In this document: positions 26,507 to 34,964 of the stretch, piece after piece
Layout: every line of letters starts with the position of its first letter
Position numbering within the stretch: position 1 is the stretch's first letter
Assembly: GCA_965116435.1 (NCBI GenBank)
Contig: OZ220686.1
Span: 831,456 to 895,455, forward strand
DNA from: Rhodothermales bacterium
GTDB lineage: Bacteria > Bacteroidota > Rhodothermia > Rhodothermales > VXPQ01
Direction: 5' to 3'
Length of the DNA stretch: 64,000 bases
Program-made: the position numbers and the translations under genes
Notes under the pieces: model-generated
Seen by the model: only the letters and a program-made list of their open reading frames with translations
Database searches by the model: none
What the model was told of the DNA's origin: nothing

Positions 26507-28747
26507 TCAATATCGCTTCTTGCTCATCAATTGGGCTTCATACTTTTTGTAATTATCACCCTTTAGTTTATTAGACATTGTAGACATCAGAACTCTTGCA
26601 CGTGCTTCATCAATGTCACGCATATTCTTAGCTTTACCCATTACATCTTTAAAAATTCTTTCTCGCATACGATTGGATAATCTAATGCCAAGAAGGGTAG
26701 GAAAAATAGTGGCATAACTTTTTCGTACTGCTTCTGTCGTGGGTGATAGCGCCACAAAATTAAGTATAAATTCAGGGCGTATTATGTATTTTGAACCCTT
26801 TGACTTCACTAGCTCTTTAGTACATCTCATAACTCTGGTCTCATGAGTTAACCACCATGTACGATAACCGTATGGATTCGGGTGATGGTTTTCCATTAAT
26901 TTTCTGCGTTGCCCATAAACAGCAAGAATATGTCGAGCATCATTACGAGCTAATACATCCTCAGATTTTACCGAACTAATTTCATTCGAGAGTTCTTGAA
27001 CTTCATTGTCAGTCACAAGTTCGTTCACATCATTCTTGTCAAGATATTCAAAACCAAATTTTTCCATAAGATAATCCCTCACTTCATCACAAGATAGTGT
27101 CCTCTTATGGAGATCTTCATAACTGCATATCTGACCAATAAAAACTTCCCAACTGACAGGACGTTTTTTCAATAGTGGATCGAACTTAGCGTGAAAATAG
27201 GCACGAATTAAAATCTTGCCTGCATGACGCGCTATCTCTTTATCTACATCAGGCTCGAGTACTTGAAAAGATTCCCGAAACTCGTGGTCAGAAACTTTAA
27301 TATGAGAATGGATTTCCTCGACAGCCATGTGTGTGAGAATCAAGGTTGAGCCTGCCTCTCGGAGTATACGAAGCATGTTAACGGTCATCTGATCCGCAGG
27401 TGCTAGATATCTTTCAGACAAAGCTCGAACAATGATGTCAGAACCGACAAGCAGTACAAAATTGGACGACATACTCTTGAAATATTCTACAATTCTGGGT
27501 TCATTGCGAAGTGTAAGCATCAAGGCATATGTACGTGATAACTTGCCGTAATACAGACGTTCCTCCTCGGTACTATTATAGAATCCTTGTCTGAGCACGG
27601 CCAACACAATCTCCTTTGCTTTTACAGCGTCCGTACCAGGTAAAGAAAATTCATTAATTGCGCTATCTACCTGATCCGCAACGGTGAAGTCATAATCGTT
27701 TTCCGAATCACCTGTCAAAAATGCAGACAATTCCAAGCCCTGTTGTTCGAAGGTTAGCTCAAGAGATCTATGTGTCAGCTTTGCAATTTGACTGGGAAAC
27801 AATTTTTCACCGACATTGGAAAGCTGTTCAGCTCGATTTCCATACAGTTCCATAACTTGTCGTTTAAGAGATTCGTCTTCGATATTTTCCTTAGTCACAA
27901 TTTTGCGTGTTTCGTATGGCAGACAAAATTTGTCTTCTTGTTGATACCAACGTACCTCGCGGCCTGTCGAGTTACCCTTTTGTGTCATGATTTCGATACG
28001 GCTGTCAAATGTTGTCTGAATAAAATGTTTAACTGATGGTAATACATTTTCTATTTTTTCTCGAATATTGTCACGAGTCATGAATTTGTCCTGATCGGGA
28101 TCCGTTTCATCGAGAGCCCATAAAATCAAACTGTCAGTTATCGCTTCTAAAAGGTCGATATTTCCTTGACGTAATTCAATCTCTTGACTCAGAAAAACAC
28201 ACAATGTACGAACAGGAAGGTTTTGAGAAATACCAATAGTCTTTGCACTTCCGAGTTCGTCTAAAAAGGATACAAATGAATTGAGATATGTATGATATGC
28301 CATTATACCTTGCGGTGTTTTATTGATGTTATTTATTATCCATTTTTTATCACGTATCTTAATAACAACGTTCAATTCTTTTGATAAATTTTCCTCTTCT
28401 TTATCAATCATGACTATTGTACGAGATGTCACATATAATAAAACTTTAGGATTTCGATTCACTTCTCTTAGTCTCTTAATCGTATGTCGAATTTTTTGTC
28501 GATGATTTTCTTGGGTTGTTGCTTGGTAAAACGTTGGTATACCCCTGCCTTGGAAGAGACCTCCCCCTTGGAAAGCATCCGCGCCACCATCATGAAAACC
28601 GCCTAGGGGCACAAAATCAATATCTGTAAGGGCAGCGTAGAACGCTTGGAAAAAATTCTCAAAGGCCGTCCCAGTTACTTGGTCCAGTGCAATACCGACT
28701 CGTTTGTGATTGATCATATTCATATCGTTGATCCCAAGTTGGGGCAT
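26507..28747 (-). CDS. Hypothetical 746-aa protein with variant Mrr-like N-terminal domain
   Basis: Low-GC ORF. LGGFHDGGADAF...(14 aa)...TFYQATTQ parallels the Mrr-cat pattern GDGGIDG...(I)QAK, but has Thr in place of Lys. The C-terminal half contains segments FVLLVGSDIIV, LILTHMAVEEI and ARNDARHILAVYG that could form a PIN-like fold; this is an unverified guess. Confidence 0.6.
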   Translation of the reverse strand: MPQLGINDMNMINHKRVGIALDQVTGTAFENFFQAFYAALTDIDFVPLGGFHDGGADAFQGGGLFQGRGIPTFYQATTQENHRQKIRHTIKRLREVNRNPKVLLYVTSRTIVMIDKEEENLSKELNVVIKIRDKKWIINNINKTPQGIMAYHTYLNSFVSFLDELGSAKTIGISQNLPVRTLCVFLSQEIELRQGNIDLLEAITDSLILWALDETDPDQDKFMTRDNIREKIENVLPSVKHFIQTTFDSRIEIMTQKGNSTGREVRWYQQEDKFCLPYETRKIVTKENIEDESLKRQVMELYGNRAEQLSNVGEKLFPSQIAKLTHRSLELTFEQQGLELSAFLTGDSENDYDFTVADQVDSAINEFSLPGTDAVKAKEIVLAVLRQGFYNSTEEERLYYGKLSRTYALMLTLRNEPRIVEYFKSMSSNFVLLVGSDIIVRALSERYLAPADQMTVNMLRILREAGSTLILTHMAVEEIHSHIKVSDHEFRESFQVLEPDVDKEIARHAGKILIRAYFHAKFDPLLKKRPVSWEVFIGQICSYEDLHKRTLSCDEVRDYLMEKFGFEYLDKNDVNELVTDNEVQELSNEISSVKSEDVLARNDARHILAVYGQRRKLMENHHPNPYGYRTWWLTHETRVMRCTKELVKSKGSKYIIRPEFILNFVALSPTTEAVRKSYATIFPTLLGIRLSNRMRERIFKDVMGKAKNMRDIDEARARVLMSTMSNKLKGDNYKKYEAQLMSKKRY

Positions 28748-29132
28748 CTTAGCAGATGCTAAAGCAGTGTAGGGTTAAGTAAATTATACGGCAAAATTGC
28801 CAGCCTTCCCAATAACCATCGGGGTTTTTAAGGAACGCAACTAGAACCCAAAAGTTCCACGACAACGAAAATGCCCTAAACGACTCCTAGGACTTACCGT
28901 GAATTTGGGCACACGCCGCCACGCAGACGCGTTCTCCCGACTGTTCCTCCATAGCGCGAGCAAAGGCCCGCTTGACGGCTTGCGAATCCATAGCTATCCC
29001 TCTACCATGCGGCCGGACGACCGGCTTTCTGTATCTCGTGAAATATTCCCGACGAACGCCCTGCCCCGCACAGGCGGCCCGACATGCCGTCAGCGCCTTT
29101 TGCTTTTGCAGCAGGAACGCGTGCGCTCCGGT

Positions 29133-29327
29133 TTACGAACGGCAGAATTTGCGGCAGGCGGCGGCGTACCGACGACCCGTAGACCAGGCGGCCGACCAAC
29201 CGCCCCGGAAGTATCCGACAATGCTGCCGTATGTGCCGCAGCCAGCGATGATATACGGCGTCAATTTGCCGCATCCCTGCGTGCCGCCGCCCGTAATCTG
29301 CATTTCGTCTGCTGAAAGTATTCTCAT
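29133..29327 (-). CDS. Double-glycine-leader class II bacteriocin-like peptide precursor
   Basis: The 64-aa ORF MRILSADEMQITGGG|TQGCGKLTPYIIAGCGTYGSIVGYFRGGW... has a leader matching the LSxxELxxIxGG pattern. The core is Gly/Cys/aromatic-rich. A GAGGTGA Shine-Dalgarno-like sequence lies 4 nt upstream of the ATG. Confidence 0.6.
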   Translation of the reverse strand: MRILSADEMQITGGGTQGCGKLTPYIIAGCGTYGSIVGYFRGGWSAAWSTGRRYAAACRKFCRS

Positions 29328-29553
29328 AACGTCACCTCGTATCAGGTTTTGTGATCAAGCGAACCGGCTCCCGATACAGCGCAAGCGACCTGATCCGGTT
29401 TTGCGCCCTTGCGAAGCCGATCAAATATGGAGACTTTCTCCATTTCTGCGCCTTAAGACACATTAATTGGCCGGATATGACCTCTCAGCGCAAATTTTTT
29501 TATATTTTTTTTGCGACCCCCGAAAAATCCTGATCCTGAACATCCTGCGCGCC

Positions 29554-29943
29554 ATGCAATCGCTCACGCCGAATATCCTTGTAGAAGCCATTGAGCCGGT
29601 GCTGCCCTTCTGGGTGGACCGCCTTGGATTTACGATCACGGCGGAGGTGCGCGAGGGCGAACGCCTCGGATTCGTTATCCTGACGAACGGGCCGGTGGAC
29701 GTGATGTATCAGACCCTTGAGAGCGTCCGGAACGATGTGCCGGAACTGGTCGATACCCCCTTGGGGGGCAACGCGCTGTTCGTCAAGACGAATACGCTGG
29801 AGGAACTCGATGCGATCGACGAGGCACTGTCCGATGCGGACCGGGTCATTCCCCGCAGAAAGACCTTCTACGGAGCGGACGAGGTGACCGTGCGCGAACC
29901 CGCCGGCAATGTGGTGACGTTTGCGTTTTTCGCCGGTTCATAG
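29554..29943 (+). CDS. VOC/glyoxalase-bleomycin-resistance family protein
   Basis: Start moved to the ATG at 29554 (MQSLTPNILVEAIEPVLPFWVDRLGF...). Fold-typical pattern with C-terminal YGADEVTVREPAGNVVTFA. Confidence 0.7.
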   Translation: MQSLTPNILVEAIEPVLPFWVDRLGFTITAEVREGERLGFVILTNGPVDVMYQTLESVRNDVPELVDTPLGGNALFVKTNTLEELDAIDEALSDADRVIPRRKTFYGADEVTVREPAGNVVTFAFFAGS

Positions 29944-29957
29944 GCCGGCGCAACCCC

Positions 29958-30020
29958 TTACAAACCCTACTCGCGTACGCGAAGCGCTGATCGAAGTGGA
30001 TTTGATCAGCGCATCCTAAA
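29958..30020 (+). repeat. Dispersed hairpin repeat, copy 2 (best-formed hairpin)
   Basis: Palindrome CGCGTACGCG, then a perfect 9-bp stem GCGCTGATC (29984-29992) / GATCAGCGC (30004-30012) with loop GAAGTGGATTT, then ATCCTAAA. It overlaps the last codons and stop of the SGNH hydrolase gene. Confidence 0.8.
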
Positions 30021-30692
30021 CTCGGCGAGGTACGGACGCACTGCTTGCGTCCAGATGGCGTAGCCCGCCTCGTTCATGTGCAAGCCGTCTTCCAGAAAAA
30101 TATCCGGCAGCGGCTCGCCGTCTTCGCCCAGCATGGGCGTAAAAACATCGATGTACTCCAGATAATCGCGGGTGCGAGCATACGCCTCGATCCGTTCGTT
30201 CGCCTTGCGCATCTCGTCCATGAGTGCGCGGCGGGCCAGGCTCGGTTTGATGGCGATGAACGCGATGCGGGCCTCCGGAAGCTGATTGTGCATCAGGGAA
30301 ACGAAGCGGCGATAGTCCGTAAAGACGCGCTCCGCCGTCTTCCCGGCGGCCACATCGTTGTCTCCCTCGTACACGAGGACCAGGCGCGGCGCATAGGGCG
30401 TAACGATCCGGTTCGCAAAATGAATCAGGTCCGACATTTGCGATCCCCCGAACCCTCTGTTGATCACCGGGACGCCGGGAAAATCCTCCGCCAGCGTGGA
30501 CCACATCCGAATGGAGGAACTGCCCGCAAAAAGCACGGCGCCCTCCGGCGGCAGGTCCGTTTCGTCCAGGCGCTCGAAGGCCTGAATAGCCTCTTCCCAC
30601 GGATTCTGCGCATAGGCTCGCGAAGCCGTAAAAAACGTCAGCATGCCCAGGAAACAGGTTAGGGCGAGGGAAAATCGGGCAGCATGGTTCAT
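30006..30692 (-). CDS. SGNH/GDSL-family hydrolase (secreted esterase)
   Basis: Block I VLFAGSSSIRMW, block II NRGFGGSQ, block III VLVYEGDNDV, block V LEDGLHMNEAGYAIW. Signal peptide present. Confidence 0.8.
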   Translation of the reverse strand: MNHAARFSLALTCFLGMLTFFTASRAYAQNPWEEAIQAFERLDETDLPPEGAVLFAGSSSIRMWSTLAEDFPGVPVINRGFGGSQMSDLIHFANRIVTPYAPRLVLVYEGDNDVAAGKTAERVFTDYRRFVSLMHNQLPEARIAFIAIKPSLARRALMDEMRKANERIEAYARTRDYLEYIDVFTPMLGEDGEPLPDIFLEDGLHMNEAGYAIWTQAVRPYLAEFRMR

Positions 30693-30785
30693 GACTATGG
30701 ACTGGATGGATGCACCTGTTGTTTATTTCCGCGAACCGGGTAGACGGCTTTCCGGCGACGCCTGGCCTTGTTTTCGCTCCCGAGG

Positions 30786-33700
30786 CTACCGGATCAAGAC
30801 CATAAACTCGACGAGGTCCCGAATTTCCTGCTCGGACAGCAAAGTGGACATGTCGGGCATGGCGGAAGGCCCACCGGCTGCGCCAAAGCCCGGCGCAATG
30901 CGCGCCGCCGGATCCACGAGGGATTCAAGCAGTTGCTCCCGGCTCAAGCGGGATCCGATGCCGGCCAGAGACGGACCCACGCCGTCCTCCCCGCTCGTCG
31001 CATGACAGCGAGTACACTCCCCGGCGGCATTCCCCAGGAAAACCCGAAGCCCCCGCCTGCGGTTTCCGCCGTAGAGCGCGGCGGCGAACGGCGGATTCGC
31101 ATCCCGCCAGGCTTGCGCCCGATCCTTGAGGGCGTCGGACCCGGCGCCCTCCACGGCTTCCAGAATGTCCAGGCGGATTTCCGGGGCGGCGTTTCCGCGT
31201 TCGAGGCGCCCCAGCAAGTCGCCCAGCACGGCGTCCGTCTGCGCAGAAGGCAATCCGCGCAACGTAGCCAACGCGCGCTGCTGCTCGGAAACCTCGCCCT
31301 GCCGCAACGCATCCCCAAGCACGGAGGCTACCTCGTCGTTGCTCAAATCGGCTTCCGGCGTCAGTTCGAGCGCCAGCATGCGCACCTCGGCGCTCGAATC
31401 CGCCAGCGCGCGACGCAAGGCGGCGGCATGATCCGCATCCGGCACGGCGAAAAGCGCTTTCAGGGCCGCTGCGCGGACTTCTTCCGCATCGTCCCCATTC
31501 AACCTGTCCGCAAGCAAGGCGCCCATGTCCCCGACATCCAGCCGGGTAGCCGCAACCACAGCGGACGCGCGCACCTCCGCGCTTGCGTCCGCCAGCAATG
31601 TTTCGGTCAGGGCCGCCACGGCTTCCCGCGCAGGGTCGGCGGAACGATGCACCGGCCCCAGATACGCGCCATCCACCCGGTCCAGCGTCGACGGCTCCGC
31701 CCAAACGCCAAGCGCCGCGAGGGCTTCCGCCCGCATGGCTGCAGGCGCATCGGTCCGCGCAGCGTAGGCCGCCAGCCGCTCCGCGTCCGCATCGCCGCCC
31801 ACGCGCAGGTTGGCGCTAATGGCCCGGCGCACAAGCGGCTCGCCCTCAAAGTCGGTCACGTCCAGCAGGGCGGCCAGGGCAGGCAGCGCCGCCGGAATGC
31901 CTCCGTCGTCGTTGATGGCGCGGGCCGCCTCCGTCGCCACCCCTTCGTCGGGATCGGCAAGAAACGTCGAAACGCCTTCGTGTTGCATCCGCCGCAGCGC
32001 AAGCACCGCCCCGATCCGCACCGCAACAGAGGCATGATCCAGCAGGGCCATAAGTGCTTCCGCATCCCCGATCCGGGCCAACGCCAGCGAACCCGCATGC
32101 CGCAGATACACATCCTGCCCGTCGGCTTCTTCCAGCAGGGCGGTCAACCCCTCGAGCGCGGGGCGGTGGGCTATCCGCCCAAGCGCCTCCGCCGCAAAGA
32201 AACGCACCCGGTCCGATTCGTCGGACAAGAGCGGCGCGAGCGCTTCGCCCGCGGCTGCATAGCGTACGTCCCCGAGAACCTTCGCCGCCTGCGCACGCAT
32301 TTCCGGGTCCGCATCGTCAAGCAGGGCCACCAGCGGCGCGGCCTGCTCAACGTCCCGCAACGCCAGCTGCCACAAACCCCATACGCCATGGATGCGGGCA
32401 TACGGCGCTTCTGTCTGCCGGACGGCCTGTAGAAACGTTTCCGCATCCCCCCTGCGCGCCAGTTCGAACTGCGCCTTCTGCCGCACCCGCATGTCCGAAT
32501 CCCCCAGCAAATGCGACAACGCCATCGTCGAAACGACGTCGAACTCCGACGCAGCAAGGAGAGTGCGCACCTCGCCCTGCCGATTTTCGTCTGGATCGGC
32601 GGCCGCCAGTTTCCAGACGCGCCCGGCGCCCTTGGAGCGCCATCCGTCGATCCAGTCGGTGAAATACAAGGCCCCGTCCGGGCCAAACGCCAGCCCGGTG
32701 GCCAGCACGCTTCGTACGGCGACGTCTTCTTCCGCCAGTTCGAAACCCGCCCCCTTTGGCGCAAGCCGGAACGCATGAATATCCGACGTAAAGGCGGACC
32801 CGGTGTACTCGGACATGAAAAACCGGCCATGCCAATCTTCGTTCAGGGCCGTGCCGGGGTTGTATACGATGCCCGTCGGCCCGTCATGGTAATTCATGAT
32901 CGGGGGCGTAATAAAGGCCGGCTGCCCCTCGAAATGCGGCAAATACATCCCCTCGTCCATCCAGACCTTGTAGGCATTGTTCGTTTCCTCGTGATATTTC
33001 CCGAATTGCCAGTGCGTCCGCCAGCCGCTGTCGGAGCCTTCGACAAGGTATACGAGCCGTTCGCTTTCGTTCGGATGGTCTCCGTCGTTGTCCACGCTGA
33101 TGAGGTTGCCGTGCGCATCGAAGGCGAACTCGTGCGTATTGCGCAGCCCGCGGGCAAACCATTCCAGCCCGGACCCGTCGGGAAAAGCCCGGAGAATAGC
33201 GCCCTGATGCGGATAATGAATGGATTCCCCTTCCTGAGACACAAGGCTCAACCCCATATCGCCGACGCCCCAGTAAATGCGTCCCTCCGGCCCCATGACC
33301 ACGCCGGACACGCCATGCCCGGAAAAGCCGGGATGCACATTGAACCCCCAGCCAAGGGTGGTTACCTGCGAAATGTCCGGGGCCTCGCTGCCCAGTGCGT
33401 TCGCCAACCGGTACACGCCCGGCGCCGCCCCCAGGTATATATCGTCGTCGTGCACCATCAGACCGCCCAGAATATCCGACACCGGCGTATTGAACCCGGA
33501 AACCAATGCGTGCGCCCGGTCCGCGACGCCGTCTTCGTCGCTGTCTTCCAGCCGGTAGAGGCGCTCCTTGACCACGGTCAGGTCGCGCCAGTCCTGCGAG
33601 CCGTCCTCGTTGAGATCGGGCATCCAGGCGGTCTCGGCGCTGGCCTCCGGGGCCATGACCCTCTTCAGAAAGGCTTCGAAATCGTGGGCCGTCTGCATCG

Positions 33701-34091
33701 CAAGCCCTTCGAGCCGCCAGTCCGGATGTTGTCGTATGTCCAGCAAGCCCATCGTACGGCTGGACCGGGTCACCAGCACCTCGCCGGTATTCGACACATC
33801 AATGGCGACGGGATCCTCGATCAGGTCCTCCGTGGCGTACATGGAAAGCACAAGCCCCGCTGCGGGGGAGGCATCGACAGCGGCGGCAATCTGCCGGGCT
33901 TTCTCCGCGGCGTCGGCAGGATCCGCCTCGATCGCGGGTTCGGACGCATACGCAAAGGGCAGCGTATCCGGAGGAACGACGGCCCGCTCGCCGCCGCCAT
34001 CCTGCACGGGACCGCAGGCGGACAACACGAAGAGGAACAACGCGACAGGGGCCGGAACGAACCGGCGAAAACAGCGGACGAAACAAGGCAT
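30786..34091 (-). CDS. PVC-type membrane-bound-dehydrogenase-domain / HEAT-repeat / cytochrome c (CxxCH) protein
   Basis: Start moved to the ATG at 34091 (MPCFVRCF...LFLFVLSACG lipobox). N-terminal beta-propeller-like dehydrogenase domain, then a long HEAT-like region (DSDMRVRQKAQFELARRGD..., DADPEMRAQAAKVLG...). C-terminal heme site GECTRCHATSGEDGVGPSLAGIGSR. Confidence 0.8.
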   Translation of the reverse strand: MPCFVRCFRRFVPAPVALFLFVLSACGPVQDGGGERAVVPPDTLPFAYASEPAIEADPADAAEKARQIAAAVDASPAAGLVLSMYATEDLIEDPVAIDVSNTGEVLVTRSSRTMGLLDIRQHPDWRLEGLAMQTAHDFEAFLKRVMAPEASAETAWMPDLNEDGSQDWRDLTVVKERLYRLEDSDEDGVADRAHALVSGFNTPVSDILGGLMVHDDDIYLGAAPGVYRLANALGSEAPDISQVTTLGWGFNVHPGFSGHGVSGVVMGPEGRIYWGVGDMGLSLVSQEGESIHYPHQGAILRAFPDGSGLEWFARGLRNTHEFAFDAHGNLISVDNDGDHPNESERLVYLVEGSDSGWRTHWQFGKYHEETNNAYKVWMDEGMYLPHFEGQPAFITPPIMNYHDGPTGIVYNPGTALNEDWHGRFFMSEYTGSAFTSDIHAFRLAPKGAGFELAEEDVAVRSVLATGLAFGPDGALYFTDWIDGWRSKGAGRVWKLAAADPDENRQGEVRTLLAASEFDVVSTMALSHLLGDSDMRVRQKAQFELARRGDAETFLQAVRQTEAPYARIHGVWGLWQLALRDVEQAAPLVALLDDADPEMRAQAAKVLGDVRYAAAGEALAPLLSDESDRVRFFAAEALGRIAHRPALEGLTALLEEADGQDVYLRHAGSLALARIGDAEALMALLDHASVAVRIGAVLALRRMQHEGVSTFLADPDEGVATEAARAINDDGGIPAALPALAALLDVTDFEGEPLVRRAISANLRVGGDADAERLAAYAARTDAPAAMRAEALAALGVWAEPSTLDRVDGAYLGPVHRSADPAREAVAALTETLLADASAEVRASAVVAATRLDVGDMGALLADRLNGDDAEEVRAAALKALFAVPDADHAAALRRALADSSAEVRMLALELTPEADLSNDEVASVLGDALRQGEVSEQQRALATLRGLPSAQTDAVLGDLLGRLERGNAAPEIRLDILEAVEGAGSDALKDRAQAWRDANPPFAAALYGGNRRRGLRVFLGNAAGECTRCHATSGEDGVGPSLAGIGSRLSREQLLESLVDPAARIAPGFGAAGGPSAMPDMSTLLSEQEIRDLVEFMVLIR

Positions 34092-34352
34092 GGGCAACAC
34101 AAAAATCTGGGTGAACGTCGTGAGTGAACGTCGGGAGCGAACATCGGGGGCAGACAAACCGTATCCAACGCGGCGCCAGCAAAAACGCCTCAGAACGTAA
34201 CAATAGAAAATTTCGACATGGGAATCCACCGGAAAACGAACGAGGCGATCCCTTCGGCAGCGACGCTGAACAGGCGTTTGCGCGCGGCCGGAGACCAGAA
34301 CGCCCTGAACGCCTCCGCCCGAAACGGGTACGCTTCGGAGGCTGCGGCATGC

Positions 34353-34964
34353 ATGCGGCTGTGGTTTGTGGAGACGCCCATCGGACCGGCGCTGGCAGGC
34401 AGCATGGAGGACGCCCTGTGCCTCCTGACGTTTCCGCCCGACGAAACGCTCCGCGAGGCGGGTACGGGACCTGCATCTATTTGTGAATACGCCGTGAATA
34501 CGGCGAATCGGCGGGGCGCGCCTGTTTCCTGCGGCGGCCCATTGCGTGATCTCGAGAGCGGCCTGGAGACCGACCCGCTTGCGGACCGCCTGGAACGGCA
34601 ACTGACGGAATGGTTCGCTGGCGCGCGGCGGGCGTTCGACCTGCCGCTTGCCTTGCGCGGCACGCCATTTCAGCGAAGCGTATGGGAAGCGCTCCGGGCC
34701 ATACCGTACGCAGCGGTGCGGTCCTACGGGGACCTGGCCAAATCGCTCGGCAACCCCGAAGCCGTGCGGGCCGTCGGCGCGGCGAACGGACGCAACCCGG
34801 TCGCTATCGTCGTGCCCTGCCACCGGGTGATCGGCGCAAACGGGTCGCTGACCGGCTATGCGGGCGGCGTCGAACGCAAACAATTCCTGCTCAACCTGGA
34901 AAAACAGAACGCACCGCAAGCACAGGGCGCCCTGTTCGGGGAATCAATCGCCGCTATTCCGTAA
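34353..34964 (+). CDS. ogt: Methylated-DNA--protein-cysteine methyltransferase
   Basis: [26 protein letters not shown]...[25 protein letters not shown] contains the PCHRV active site. The ATG at 34353 is preferred over the ORF-track start at 34218. The 3' end overlaps the convergent UPF0182 gene by 11 bp. Confidence 0.85.
   Translation: MRLWFVETPIGPALAGSMEDALCLLTFPPDETLREAGTGPASICEYAVNTANRRGAPVSCGGPLRDLESGLETDPLADRLERQLTEWFAGARRAFDLPLALRGTPFQRSVWEALRAIPYAAVRSYGDLAKSLGNPEAVRAVGAANGRNPVAIVVPCHRVIGANGSLTGYAGGVERKQFLLNLEKQNAPQAQGALFGESIAAIP

Noticed and set aside
28899-29466. Plus-strand ORFs 28899-29315 and 28972-29466, and minus-strand ORF 29002-29274, overlapping the bacteriocin-like gene
   Set aside because: They have no motifs, their composition is typical of GC-driven spurious frames, and they lack start-codon context. 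The small minus-strand GG-leader ORF has both a family-typical leader and an RBS-like sequence.
34092-34919. N-terminal 276 aa of the 1377-aa ORF upstream of the dehydrogenase/HEAT/cytochrome c protein
   Set aside because: This stretch is Arg-rich low-complexity sequence that overlaps the divergent ogt gene. A lipoprotein signal peptide begins at the internal ATG at 34091.
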